A DNA stretch of 64,000 nucleotides from an uncultured delta proteobacterium. GTDB lineage: Bacteria; Desulfobacterota; Binatia; UBA9968. The notes under the pieces are model-generated. The model saw only the letters and a list, made by a program, of their open reading frames with translations. It did no database searches and was not told where the DNA came from. Location of the stretch: NCBI GenBank assembly GCA_963728565.1, contig CAVSLC010000021.1:1-64000 (forward strand). The letters run 5' to 3'. The first letter of the stretch is position 1. Each line of letters opens with the position of its first letter. The position numbers and the translations under genes are program-made. Shown here one piece after another: positions 47,401-59,174 of this stretch.

Positions 47401-48086
47401 TGTGGATGGGCCTGTTGTTCACATGGCTGGGCGCATCTTGTCTCTTGATTGGCTGTGTCAGCATTGAGAAGAGCTACCCGGATAAGCGTTACTTCGTGCT
47501 CGACATCGCTCTCGACACGTCGCCCCAAAATCCAGCACAAACCGGCACGCTGCAAATCGCATCCGCACGTGTATCACCCCGCTATGCGGACAGAAATTTT
47601 GTCTATCGGCGAAGCGATGCTCGATTCGAGTCGGATTTTTACAACGAGTTTCTGATTTCACCTGGCGTGCTGGTTGCCGAGGAGCTTCGCCAAGGATTGT
47701 CACAATCGGGACTGTTCAAATTCGTCGTCGGCTCTGTCAATGCGTTAGCCCCGACGCATACATTGGAGACTGTTGTGAACTCTCTGTATGGCGACTTTCG
47801 CGACGTTAGAGCGCCGCACGCCGTGATGGAGATCGAATTTTTCCTCAGTCAAGAAGGATCACCGAGTGGAATCGTCTTTCACAAACGCTACCATAGCGCC
47901 ATTCCTCTCGAAGGTCGTAACCCGGAAGCATTGGTGCAAGGCTGGAATCGGGCTCTCGAAGAAATTTTGAGGTCTCTCGTCAACGACTTAAAAGCATCCA
48001 ATGAGCGTTTGGAAAAACGATCTACGTCACGAATGCCAGCATTTCAGCTTCGTTGGACGCAGCGCTCTGAACGTTTGCGATCTTAG
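47400..48086 (+). CDS. ABC-type auxiliary lipoprotein (PqiC-like)
   Basis: Lipobox LIGC, YFVL, FVYRRSD...FESDFYNEF, LYGDFR; follows the MCE gene. Confidence 0.8.
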   Translation: MWMGLLFTWLGASCLLIGCVSIEKSYPDKRYFVLDIALDTSPQNPAQTGTLQIASARVSPRYADRNFVYRRSDARFESDFYNEFLISPGVLVAEELRQGLSQSGLFKFVVGSVNALAPTHTLETVVNSLYGDFRDVRAPHAVMEIEFFLSQEGSPSGIVFHKRYHSAIPLEGRNPEALVQGWNRALEEILRSLVNDLKASNERLEKRSTSRMPAFQLRWTQRSERLRS

Positions 48087-48299
48087 ACGGAAGAAATTCT
48101 GCCGCATTTGCAGTTGTAAAGCATTGGCGGCAGAGATCCTCCCTGGGCGCCTCGAAACTTGCGGCTTTCACTAGGCCGAGCGGCACGAGCTGAACAACCG
48201 TCTGACGCCGTAGCCAATGCCTAACACCGCCTGCTCGCATTCTTAAGTCAGTGGTTCCTGCAAGGCGGAAGGCAGCCGCTCACCGGTGAGACGCGGATG

Positions 48300-49770
48300 T
48301 TATGGCCGGTTAGGCTTACCAACAAATCCGGGACCGAAGCCCGCTTCATGTGCCGCCCAAGCACCTGCTACCCGGCCGCTAAAAACTGAGGGGCCGAGCA
48401 TCGTCCCTTCGAGTCCATTGCGCCCATTGATATGACCGCCGGCCATACCGGAAACCTCGCCTGCCGCATACAACCCAGGGATCGGCTCGAAGTGCTTGTT
48501 CAGCACGCGGCAGCGCAAGTCCGTTTTGACGCCGCCGAAATTTTTTCGTGCCAGCGGAAACAATTGGATCGCATAGTAGGGCGGTGTGTCGAATTTCTTG
48601 GAAAGCTTCAAGGACTTGCCGAACTTTGGTTCGGTTTCTAGCCCCCTGTCAAAGGCATCGTTGTAGTCTTTGACTTCAGAAAGAAACGAAGCTAAATCGA
48701 CTTCGATCTTCTTGCCCAAATCTTCCAGGCTATCGGCCTTTGCGAATATACGGCGAATTATCCAGTAGCTCCTGCACTTTGGCATGGTCGATTACATCGC
48801 CGCGCCTATAATAGGGATCGGCCACATCCATTTTTGCTGTCATCGGATGATCGAGTATGGCCCATGCGTGCGGCGGGTTTTGTGCTAGCAGGGCGGGAGT
48901 AGCCGATGCGCCTCCGGTAATGGACTCGTTATGGAACCGCCTCCCTTGCTGATTGAACCAGATGTAACCTGGGGTCATGCGGAAGACCAGACCGCGTCTT
49001 TGTTGGGGATCGCGATAATCTGGGGTGGCATACACATAAAACCAGATGTGATCCATGTGGGTGAAATAGCCGCCTAGTTCCTTAATCATCTTGTGACCGA
49101 TACCTTTTGCGCCAAAACCGGAGCCTTCCATGACCCTGAATTTCTGAAATTCCGGCCGAACCTCCAAGACCATGTCGAGATTCGAATTGAAACCTCCGGT
49201 AGCAACCACAACCGCCTTGCTGAAGATTTTGATGGTTTCATTGTTGCTGATGGCGGTGACGCCCACCACACGGTCATTTTTGGTAAGTAGTTTGCCCGCT
49301 CCGGTACGCGTCATGATCTTGATGTTCGGCATCGACTCGGCAGTTTTGATTAGTGCGGTCATTAACCCGAGCCCATTGTTCTCCGGGCGATGCCAGCGCA
49401 GCACCCGGTTTCCTTCCTGGAATTTCATATCAACCCACTTGGCGCCGCAATTCTCGGCCCAGTAGTAAAGGTCATGCAGCGTATGTTCCAGATAGTATCG
49501 CGCCCAGACCTCATCCGCCGATCCGCCGCCCCATTTAACCCAGTCTTCAAACGCCAGATCCGGACTGTCTTCGATCCCGTGCGACTTTTGTAGCGGCGTA
49601 CCGACTATACAACAGCCGCCTCCGGAGATCGCCGCAGTGCCGCCACACTCCTCGGCTTGCTCCAACACAGCGGCGGTACCGCCAGCTCGGCCAACTTCGA
49701 TCGCTGCGGGTATCCCTGCGCCGCCGCCGCCGATAATTGCAACATCAAACTCCAGGATTGAATTGACCAT
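48300..49770 (-). CDS. FAD-dependent oxidoreductase (FAD_binding_2 / flavocytochrome c-like); frameshift near 48740
   Basis: IIGGGGAG, GGTAAISGG, VVATGGF, GRRFHNE, GGVKTD, IPGLYAAGE. Confidence 0.88.
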
Positions 49771-50033
49771 CGGGATCTCCTTTATACGCCTGCATTGCCG
49801 ACGATTATCACCGTTTTTGTCCTGGGGTCAAATATCCTGGAGTTAAGTCGATTTCTATTGCAATCTCATGAGCGGGCCAATAGCTCCTCGTAACATTAAC
49901 CTTTGGCTGCTGAAACATTCGCTCATGTAAATCAGGTTGCGACACGCTGAGTTTCTCGCTTGCCAATCCTCTAATCTTTCTATAAGCGAGAGGAAAGCCG
50001 TTCCGCTCATGAAGGCTTAGGAGGGATCTGACC

Positions 50034-51017
50034 ATGGTCTCTGTTAAACCACCTCAGCTTTGGTGGCTGATTTTTCCCCTTCTCCTTTTCACTCGGAGTC
50101 CTGCCGCTGGCGCAGAAAATATGCGCGTTGCGCACCCGTCGCTTTCTTCATCGGTCATTTGCCTGCTCATCGCTAACAAAGAGGGCTACTTCAAAGAAGA
50201 GGGCCTCAATGTCGAGTTCCTGAGTATACGTGGCGAGATCGCCATCCGAACGGCGCTAGCTGGCGAAGTGGACTTCTTCACTAATGCGGGAAGCGCGATG
50301 GCGGCGGCAGCACGAAATGTACCGGTGAAGATACTTGCCGTATTTCAAGACAGACCTGGTTGGGATTTGATTGCCCAGCCGAATATTAAATCCATCTCTC
50401 AATTGCGGGGTAGTACCATTGCTATAATGTCGCCGGAAGGATCGTTAGCGGTTGTGACTCGGGAAATTCTTAAAAAGAATGGTATGGATCCCGCGAAAGA
50501 TGCCAATTTGGTCGTCATGGGCGGCGACGACGTTCGTCTGCCGGCGATGAAGGCGAAAGCGATCCAAGCCTCATTGTTCAATGCTGCTGCCAGTGTTCGG
50601 GCGCAAAAAGATGGATTCGTCAAGTTAGCATCCGCCAGCGAATACGCCACCACCCTGCAGGGCGGTCTGGCGACCACGGAAGAGAAGATCAGGCAGCATC
50701 CGGCGCGCATGGCAAAGTTCATTCGTGGCAGTCTGAAGGGATTGCAGTTCTTCATCAATAAGCGGGATGCGTCGGTGAGGCACATGATGGAGTTTCTGAA
50801 AACGAACGACCGTGAAATGGCTGCGGCAATTTATGATATCGAAACAAAGCTTATTGTGCGTGACGGTGCCAGCGAAGAAAAAGTTTTGCAGCCGATGATT
50901 GATGAGATGAAAAGGGCGACAAAAACTCAGCGCGACATGAAAGTAAACGATGTTTTTGACTTTAGTTTCGTGCATAAAGCGAACGAAGAATTGAAGATGA
51001 GCGGCTGGCGCCCGTAA
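50034..51017 (+). CDS. ABC substrate-binding protein, NMT1/SsuA/TauA-like
   Basis: Signal peptide, EGYFKEEGLNVEF, ALAGEVDF, IKSISQLRG. Confidence 0.88.
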   Translation: MVSVKPPQLWWLIFPLLLFTRSPAAGAENMRVAHPSLSSSVICLLIANKEGYFKEEGLNVEFLSIRGEIAIRTALAGEVDFFTNAGSAMAAAARNVPVKILAVFQDRPGWDLIAQPNIKSISQLRGSTIAIMSPEGSLAVVTREILKKNGMDPAKDANLVVMGGDDVRLPAMKAKAIQASLFNAAASVRAQKDGFVKLASASEYATTLQGGLATTEEKIRQHPARMAKFIRGSLKGLQFFINKRDASVRHMMEFLKTNDREMAAAIYDIETKLIVRDGASEEKVLQPMIDEMKRATKTQRDMKVNDVFDFSFVHKANEELKMSGWRP

Positions 51018-51316
51018 ATACGATGTTTCTGATTGGATCTGAGTTTTTGTTGCCGCGGCACGTGACTATTATGTGGCCGCGCGGTCTTTTGTCTATTCCT
51101 CGACAGGGAAAGAGGGACAAAGAGAATCTGAATTGGAAATCCGGCCATGCCGCTTCTTGGTCAGTTCTCATCCTCGTACTTTTTAGACATCGCGTTCTGC
51201 ACACATTCGCTTTTACTGGTCCACTGAAGATTGGGCGATAGAATCCTTCGGCCTGCCCGCGTTTCAACTTGTGGCTGACCTTCCACTTTGCTACAAGACA
51301 GGGCTCATTTAACGTC

Positions 51317-52564
51317 ATGCGTTTGTCTCCCAATCCCTGGTTAGTTGCTGCTCTTGCCTTCGTCGTTCTCGGGTTTTCGCGCGGGCTGCATTCCTCATTC
51401 GGAGTTTTCAACGTCGCATTGCTTGATTCCTTCAACTGGAGCCGAGGCGCGACCGCCGGTATTTTCTCCGTTGTTCTTACGATTGACGCGATGTTGTCGC
51501 CGGTTGCCGGATATCTTCTCGACCGTTATGGAGCAAAAAAAATTGTCCTCGCCGGATGCCTTACTCTGGCATTGGGGCTTTTTTTAAGCAGTCAGGTAAG
51601 CGAGCTTTGGCACTTGTATATCTGCTTTGGTCTTATTACTGCTTTTGGCTTTACTTTTGTCGGCATGGTGCCGCACGTCTTTCTGATCTCCGAATGGTTC
51701 TCGTCAAATCGGGCCTCCGCGATAGGCGTCGTCTACGCCGGCTCCGGCGTAGGAATCATGATTCTGGCGCCGCTCAGCGCATGGCTGATCGCGGCTTACG
51801 GTTGGGCGCGAGCTTTGGAAATTTACGCGGCAGTGGTTTTGATATCACTCTTGCCCTTGGTGTGGATCTTTTATCAGCACGGACCGTTCGGCGAAAAGTT
51901 CCGCCATCATGGGCAGAAAAGGAGTGAGCAAAAGCAATGGACGGCAAAGCTCGCGTTGAAAAGCCTTCAGTTTTGGCTGCTTTTCTTCGCGCGCATCTGC
52001 GCCGCTGCCGGTACTACCGTCATTGTGACTCATCAAGTCGCTCACGTTGTGGAGGTTGGCTATAGCCAATTGCTGGCTGCATCCATTTTTGGTTTCGCGG
52101 GTATCACGAGCAGCTTTGGTCGGGTGGTTTTCGGTTTCATCGCCGATCGGTTGTCGAGACAAGCCGCCTATACGCTTAATATCGCGATGACGTTGATCGG
52201 TGTCGGCGCTCTAATGATCCTGCACGATTCCAGCCAAACCTGGTTACTTTACGTCTACGTGATCTTCTTTGGCATAGGTTTCGGCTCCCGGGCGGTCATT
52301 TTCTCAGCTTTGACCGCAGACATCTTTTCCGGCAAAGGCTTCGGTTCGATTCTCGGTTACTCGACAGTAGCCGTTGGTGTTGGCGGTGCGCTGGGCTCCT
52401 GGTTGGGTGGCGTATATTACGATTGGACCGGCAGTTATCTTGTTTCGTTTGGGTTATCGGCTGTGGTGCTGTCATTATCTGACATTTGCATCTGGTTGGC
52501 TGCGGTTCCATCTGTGGCTAACTACGACAAGCGACTCTGGCGAGAGAGTCCAACGGCGCGATAA
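51317..52564 (+). CDS. MFS transporter (MCT/OxlT-like)
   Basis: FNWSRG, GYLLDRYG, SEWFSSNRASAIG, GRVVFGFIADR, YDWTGSY. Confidence 0.9.
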   Translation: MRLSPNPWLVAALAFVVLGFSRGLHSSFGVFNVALLDSFNWSRGATAGIFSVVLTIDAMLSPVAGYLLDRYGAKKIVLAGCLTLALGLFLSSQVSELWHLYICFGLITAFGFTFVGMVPHVFLISEWFSSNRASAIGVVYAGSGVGIMILAPLSAWLIAAYGWARALEIYAAVVLISLLPLVWIFYQHGPFGEKFRHHGQKRSEQKQWTAKLALKSLQFWLLFFARICAAAGTTVIVTHQVAHVVEVGYSQLLAASIFGFAGITSSFGRVVFGFIADRLSRQAAYTLNIAMTLIGVGALMILHDSSQTWLLYVYVIFFGIGFGSRAVIFSALTADIFSGKGFGSILGYSTVAVGVGGALGSWLGGVYYDWTGSYLVSFGLSAVVLSLSDICIWLAAVPSVANYDKRLWRESPTAR

Positions 52565-52742
52565 CCAGGCTCTCCCGGCGTAGGAGCATTGCTCATCAGT
52601 GCATCCGCCGCCGCATGCGCTATCTGGGTTCCGCTGACTCTGGTTCAACAAAACACCTCGCTTAACCTCGTCTAGCGCGATCACCGCTGCATCAACCTTG
52701 AGGGTGTGACGAGAAGTTGTTACTTTGAAGTCTCGGATTCCC

Positions 52743-53105
52743 ATGGATGCCCGCTTGCGCGAAGGGATAAATCTTTTCAATCAGGGTCGTTTTTTTGAGG
52801 CTCACGAAACCTGGGAGCTGCTCTATCAGAGCGCCGAGATAAACGACAAATCATTTCTCGAGGGATTGATCCAACTATCTGCGGCTTGCCGGTTGATCGA
52901 CGATTTCGGCGAGATCAGAGGACCGGTTAAGTTAATCTACCAAGCGCTTATCCGCTTTGAGAATTATCAACCCACCTATTTGGACATCAAGGTGGCCGAC
53001 CTGGCTGTGGCGATGGAGGCCTGGGCCAAAGAGCTCGAGGCCAGCGGCGTCAGAGGACAGAAGCCTGTACCAACTATCGCCGTGCGGCGCTTCGGGTTTT
53101 TCTAA
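52743..53105 (+). CDS. DUF309-domain protein
   Basis: GINLFNQGRFFEAHETWE...LEGLIQ. Confidence 0.88.
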   Translation: MDARLREGINLFNQGRFFEAHETWELLYQSAEINDKSFLEGLIQLSAACRLIDDFGEIRGPVKLIYQALIRFENYQPTYLDIKVADLAVAMEAWAKELEASGVRGQKPVPTIAVRRFGFF

Positions 53106-56100
53106 ATGAGCCTTTCACAGTTGGAAGAGACACTGCGTCGCTTTCTCAATGGGCGGTGGGCAGGAGCCAAGCGACTTCAGGGTCTTCAGGGCGGAGCGAT
53201 TGCCTATGTGTTGGGGCTGGCTGCGGAACAAAACACCCGCCCGATGCTGGTCATCACCGCTAGCGCTCAGGATGCCGAAAACTTGCATCGCGATCTGAGC
53301 TTCTTTATCGGTGAGGAGCCCTCGTTAGCTCCGTTCCGTAAACGGCTTCATCTGTTCCCATCGTGGGAGGTTCTTCCGTTCGAGAAGTTATCTCCTCATC
53401 CCGACAATCTCGCCGGACGACTAGAGGGACTCTATAAGCTGATTGAAGAGCCGGCGCCTATCTTAATCTCAACCCCTGCCGCGCTGATGCAGAAAGTCAT
53501 CCCGCGAGATGCTCTCAAACGATCTTACCTGTACATTGTTGCCGGTCAGGATCTGTCCCGTGAAGTGTTAACTGAGCATCTGACGCAGTGGGGCTTTCAA
53601 AACGTTCCGCTGGTGGAAGAATATGGTGACTTCAGCGTGCGTGGCGGCATCATCGATCTATTTTCCCCGGGTTACAAGTTGCCGATCCGGCTGGAGTTCG
53701 ATGGCGATCGTTTGGAATCCATCCGCGAATTCAATCCCTCGAGTCAGCGCTCGGAGGGAGTCTTAGAAGATCTTCTGCTGTTGCCGGTGAAGGAATTTTC
53801 GCTTAAGCGAGTTGGCACCGATCACATTGTCAGGAAACTGGACCAGCGCGGGATCGATTTGGATATGGACAGGCGCGAGAAAAATGCTTTGCTGGATTCC
53901 ATCAAGGAAGGCATTCCTTTTCCAGGCATCGAATTCTTACTTCCGTATTTCTATGAGGAACTGGCATCGGTGTTTTCTTACCTGCCATTCGATACATTGG
54001 TTTGTCTGGCGGGGGCGGATCGGGTCGAAGCAGAGGTTGAGCGATTTGCGAAACTGGCCTGGGATCGCAATGCCAAAGCAAAAGAAGAAGGACGCTTGGT
54101 GACACCCGTGGAAGGGCTCTTTCTCCACGAGCATGAATGGCGCGCTGCCATGGAACCTTTGGCTCAAGTCAATTGCGAAGCATTGACCATCATGGCTGCC
54201 TCGGAGCGCTTGCAGGAATCGACCTTAACGATCGATTCGTTCCTCACCAACGACATCCAGCACGAAAGTCTCATCAAGCACGGCAAAGAGCCGTCGTTGG
54301 CGCCGCTCGTCGAACGACTCGGTAGATGGCAGGACCAAACAGTAATCTTTGTTGCGCCAACCCGGGGCGATGCTGGTCGATTGCGAGAGTTACTGGGCCA
54401 TTACGAAATCGATGTTCCGGTGATGGAGCAACCGGTTAATGCGCTGCTGAGCACGGTTAAGCTCCCCCGGGCAATCGTCCTGGGTCATCTCAGTCAAGGA
54501 TTCCGTCTGCCGGCCGCGGGCTTGGTCGCCATCACTTTCGACGAGATTTTCGGAACTCACAAGCGCCATTCCACAACGCTTGGCCAAAAAGCACCCGAGC
54601 CATTTCCTCACCAGCCTGAGCGAACTGAAGCAGGATGATTTCGTAGTTCATCTCGATCATGGCATCGGCGTTTACCGCGGGCTGAAATTTCTGACGGTAG
54701 CCGGCGTTCAAGGCGAGTTTTTACACTTGGAGTATGAGGCCGGGGATCGGCTTTACCTGCCGGTAGACCGCATCAATGTCGTGCAGAAGTACATTGGTGG
54801 CGATGGTGCGCAACCTTCGCTCGACAAGCTCGGCGGCACCTCCTGGGAACGGGTCAAGGCCAAAGCGCGCAAATCGGTTCTGGCAATGGCGGAGGAACTG
54901 ATTCAGCTCTATGCGGTGCGTGAAGCTCGCCAAGGCAATGCCTTTGCGCCGCCGGATGCGCTTTACCGTGAGTTCGAAGCCGGTTTTGAATTTGAAGAAA
55001 CGCACGATCAACAGCGCGCCATCGACGAATCTCTTACCGATATGCAGCGACCAAAGCCAATGGACCGCTTAGTGTGCGGCGATGTCGGTTTCGGCAAGAC
55101 CGAGGTGGCGATGCGCGCTGCCTTTCTAGCAGTGGAGGGCGGCAAGCAGGTCGGGGTGCTGGCGCCGACGACGATTCTGGCGCAACAGCACCTACAAACC
55201 TTTCGCCATCGCTTTCGCAATCATCCGGTGCGCATCGAAATGGTCAGCCGTTTCTTGACAAGTAAGGAGATCGAACAGGTTCTCAAGGATTCGGCGAGAG
55301 GGAGCGTCGATATTGTCATCGGCACCCATCGGCTGTTGCAAAAAGATGTAGAGTTCAAGAATTTAGGCCTGGTAATTATCGATGAGGAGCATCGATTCGG
55401 GGTGGCGCATAAGGAGCGCCTTAAAAAGTTGCGTCAGATGGTCGACGTCATGAGCCTTACGGCGACGCCGATCCCGCGCACGCTCCATATGTCGATCATC
55501 GGTATACGCGATTTGAGCATTATCGAAACTCCGCCGGTTGACCGCCTGGCAATCCAAACCTACGTTACCCGCTACGATGAGCGGCTGATTCGCGATGCGA
55601 TCTTGCGCGAATTGGAGCGTGGCGGACAGGTATTTTTCCTACACAACCGAGTTGAAACAATCGATCGGATCGCCATGAAACTTGCCGACCTGGTTCCCGA
55701 GGCCAAGATGGCCGTGGCACATGGCCAGATGAAACCCAAAGATCTGGAAAAAGTGATGCTCAAGTTTCTCAACAATGAGACCCAGGTCCTGGTCTGCTCG
55801 GCGATTATCGAGTCGGGCCTGGATTTTCCCAACGCCAATACCATCATTATCAACCGCGCCGATCGGTTTGGCTTGGCGCAACTGTACCAGTTAAGAGGGC
55901 GGGTTGGCCGCTCGCACCGGCATGCCTATGCTTATCTCCTCATTCCCGGCGAACAGGCGATTACTCCAGACGCCGAGAAGAGACTGCGGGCGCTTCAAGA
56001 GATCGATGGGTTGGGTGGCGGGTTCAAATTAGCGCTGCACGATCTGGAAATCCGCGGCGCGGGTAATCTTTTGGGGCAGCAGCAGTCCGGTAATATTACC

Positions 56101-56667
56101 GCGGTTGGATTTGAGCTTTACACCGAAATGATGGAAAATGCCGTGCGTGAACTTAGAGGCGAAGAAGTGACGCCCGACGTCGAACCGGAAATCCGTTTAG
56201 GCATCTCCGCTTACTTTCCCGATGATTATATCCCCGATGTGAATCAGCGTTTGTTCTTCTACAAGCGGCTGGCGAGCTTGCGTAGTCCGTTTGAGCTGGA
56301 GGAGATCAAGGAAGAGATCCGGGATCGGTTTGGTCCTTATGGCGTCGCGGTGGAAAATCTCTTTTTGGTTATGAATCTGCGCCGCGTGCTCAAAGAATTT
56401 CTGGTGCAGCAGATCAGCGTGTCCGACGGCAGGGTATTTTTACTGTTTCACCCGCAATCACCGGTGAAAATCGAAAAACTCCTGGAATTGATCAACAAAC
56501 CGAAGAGTCGCTTCAGGCTAGCGCCGGACGGCCGGCTGTCGTTTTCACCGAAAAATCAAGAATGGGAAATCTTGGTTGGTGAGGTGGAAGAGTTGCTCTA
56601 TAGCATTCATGAGCCTGCGGCGAGTATGGCGCCCAGTTCCGCACCCCTGCACGATAGTGCGATGTAG
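53106..56667 (+). CDS. mfd: Transcription-repair coupling factor; frameshift near 54578
   Basis: GDFSVRGGIIDLF, VHLDHGIG, CGDVGFGKTEVA, DEEH, QLRGRVGRS, DLEIRGAGNLLG. Confidence 0.95.
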
Positions 56668-56780
56668 TGACCCTTACATGGATCACATCTTGACGCGGCA
56701 GGTTTGGCTTTTTTCGACCATCGTGTTACGCCTAAACAAATCCATATACCGAAGACATCATCTGCCGAGGTAAGATTCTT

Positions 56781-58100
56781 ATGCTGAGGCATGCTCTTAG
56801 AAACAGCCTTTTGATCACATCTTTTCTGCTTCTTGTTCCCTTGTCACTGCAGGGCCGAGTCGTGGAACAGATTGTCACGGTGATCGATGGGGAGCCGTAT
56901 ACTCTCACAAATATTGCCGCCTACGCCAAGAGCAAGATGGCACGGGAGTTCCCCGTCGGGTCGCTGGAAAAAATCAACGGCAGCGATCGAGAAGTACTCG
57001 AGCAGTTTATTACGGAAAAGCTGCTCGACGCGGAAATACGCGAGGCTGGAATCAAAGTCACCGACCAGGATATCGAAATCTACATAGATCAGATCAAACG
57101 GAAGAATCGTCTCACGGACGCCGACTTGAAAACTGCCTTGAGCCGTGAGGGACAAACCTTGCAGGCCTACAAGGCTTCAGTCCGAGCCGAGCTTGAGAAA
57201 GGCGAGTTGATCAATCGTCAGGTGCGAAAGAAAGTCAATATAACCGATGAAGACGTCGAACGGTACTACAAGCTGAATTCGAAGAACTATCGAGCCGATG
57301 ATCGCGCTCGGATTCGTCATATCTTGCTGCCGCTGTCCGAAAAAGCTTCGCCGGAAGAAGTACAAGCGGCGGTCGCAAAGGGCAACGCGTTATACGATCA
57401 GATTGCCGCCGGCGAGGATTTCGCCAGATTGGCGCAAAAATTTTCCGACGGCGCTGGCCGGGAATCAGGTGGCGATATTGGCTGGGTAAATCGTGGAACC
57501 TTGTTGAAGCCCATCGAGGATGCTGCGTTCGACAAGCTTTCGGTCGGCGAAGTCAGCCGCCCGATCCGGAGCAGCATGGGGTTGCACTTGGTTAAACTGG
57601 AGAGCCGGAATCTCGGCGCGGTTCTTCCATTATCTTCAGTGGCTTCCAGGATCAAGGAAGAGCTCTACACCAAAGCGATGGAGGAGCGTTACTCTAAATG
57701 GCTCAAAACCGAGCTGCGTCGCAAGCATACTGTCGATGTAAAAATTGCCGGGGTCGTATTCAAGCCCGAGGATTCGAAGGAAGATACCATGGGTTCCCTG
57801 ATGGCCAAGTCTCCTCGGCTTAACCGAAAAGAGGAGCGTGGGTTATTAGGTTATTTGAACCCACTTTCGTACGTGATCAAGGAAACCGCGTCTGATGAAG
57901 AAGATCAGAAAACGGGACCGCTAGCCGGCAAGAATGTCGTTAGCGTTTTCGGCGTGCCACTTTTTACTACGGATCGAGTTGATGATGTTCCCGATATACT
58001 CTCTCCACCCGTACAGCCTGAAAAAAATTCGCGACCACAAGAATCAGACAGCGGCTTTTTCTCCTCCATTGTAAACCGGTTGAACCCCTTCAAGCGCTAG
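56781..58100 (+). CDS. surA: SurA-family parvulin PPIase chaperone with C-terminal extension
   Basis: IVTVIDGEP, RIRHILL, FARLAQKFSD...GGDIGW, GLHLVK; located between mfd and pdxA. Confidence 0.85.
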   Translation: MLRHALRNSLLITSFLLLVPLSLQGRVVEQIVTVIDGEPYTLTNIAAYAKSKMAREFPVGSLEKINGSDREVLEQFITEKLLDAEIREAGIKVTDQDIEIYIDQIKRKNRLTDADLKTALSREGQTLQAYKASVRAELEKGELINRQVRKKVNITDEDVERYYKLNSKNYRADDRARIRHILLPLSEKASPEEVQAAVAKGNALYDQIAAGEDFARLAQKFSDGAGRESGGDIGWVNRGTLLKPIEDAAFDKLSVGEVSRPIRSSMGLHLVKLESRNLGAVLPLSSVASRIKEELYTKAMEERYSKWLKTELRRKHTVDVKIAGVVFKPEDSKEDTMGSLMAKSPRLNRKEERGLLGYLNPLSYVIKETASDEEDQKTGPLAGKNVVSVFGVPLFTTDRVDDVPDILSPPVQPEKNSRPQESDSGFFSSIVNRLNPFKR

Positions 58101-58148
58101 CCCTCCGGGTTCTCTGTCAAGCTGCCCAATCTCGGGTCTTCTAAGCTT

Positions 58149-59174
58149 ATGCCGCGTAAACCGATTGTTGCCGTAACTATGGGCGATCCCGCAGGGGTAG
58201 GCCCGGAAGTCATTCTGAAGGCGCTCAGCCATCAGACGGTCGGTCGGGCCTGCAATCCGCTGATTCTCGGGGATTGGGGAGTACTGCAACGCGTCCGTGC
58301 CAGAAGTAAACGGCTTCCCAAGTTAATTTCCTGGCAATCCGGAATGCCGTTGTTGCCTCTATTGCATGGCAGTGGCGGCTTTGTCGTATGTCCGCTCTCG
58401 ACCTTGCGTGAAAACGAATCGCGTCCGGGCCGGCCGGTAAAAGCGGGCGGGCATGCCGCCTATCGCTATATAACCGTGGCGGCTCGCCTGGCCTTGTCGA
58501 GTGTGGCCGATGCGATTGCGACGGCGCCTATCAGCAAGAGTATCCTGATCAATGCAGGCTACAACTATCCGGGACATACCGAACTTCTTGCCGAGATTAG
58601 CCGGACGCCCGAATGTCGCATGATGTTGATCGGCAAAAAACTGCGAGTTGTCCTGGTGACCGGACATGTAGGTTATACCAAGGTGGTGCGCTCGTTGACG
58701 TGTGACGGCATTCGGACAACACTGGAGCTGACCCACCGGGCTCTGAAAAATTCGTTCGGGATCTCGCGGCCGCGCATCGCCGTCGCGGCTTTGAATCCGC
58801 ACGGCGGTGAGGAAGGGATTTTCGGAAGTGAAGAAAAAGAGATAATCGTGCCCGGAGTTCAAGCCGCAAAACGCAAGGGAATTCCAGCATCCGGGCCGTT
58901 TCCGGCCGATAGTCTTTTTCACAAAGCCGCGCGCGGAGAATATGACGCGGTAGTCTGCATGTATCACGATCAGGGATTGATCCCTCTTAAGCTGCATCAT
59001 TTTTTTGGCGGAGTGGCGCTCACCTTGGGGCCCCCCTTCATTCGAACTTCGGTCGATCACGGCACAGCCTATGACATCGCCGGCTCCGGCAGAGCCGATG
59101 AAACCAGCATGGCGCAAGCGATCTTGCTCGCGGCAGAACTAGCCAGGCTAAGAATGAAGAGCAAGAATCATTGA
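58149..59174 (+). CDS. pdxA: 4-hydroxythreonine-4-phosphate dehydrogenase
   Basis: TMGDPAGVGPE, GHTELL, LNPH.GE, MYHDQGLIPLK, RTSVDHGTA. Confidence 0.95.
   Translation: MPRKPIVAVTMGDPAGVGPEVILKALSHQTVGRACNPLILGDWGVLQRVRARSKRLPKLISWQSGMPLLPLLHGSGGFVVCPLSTLRENESRPGRPVKAGGHAAYRYITVAARLALSSVADAIATAPISKSILINAGYNYPGHTELLAEISRTPECRMMLIGKKLRVVLVTGHVGYTKVVRSLTCDGIRTTLELTHRALKNSFGISRPRIAVAALNPHGGEEGIFGSEEKEIIVPGVQAAKRKGIPASGPFPADSLFHKAARGEYDAVVCMYHDQGLIPLKLHHFFGGVALTLGPPFIRTSVDHGTAYDIAGSGRADETSMAQAILLAAELARLRMKSKNH

Noticed and set aside
56723-56729. GTGTTAC half-site upstream of surA
   Set aside because: Isolated 7-mer with no partner half-site; expected by chance in 64 kb
58359-59117. Long antisense ORFs over pdxA (and similarly over rny, thrC, metB)
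   Set aside because: Shadow ORFs typical of GC-rich coding strands
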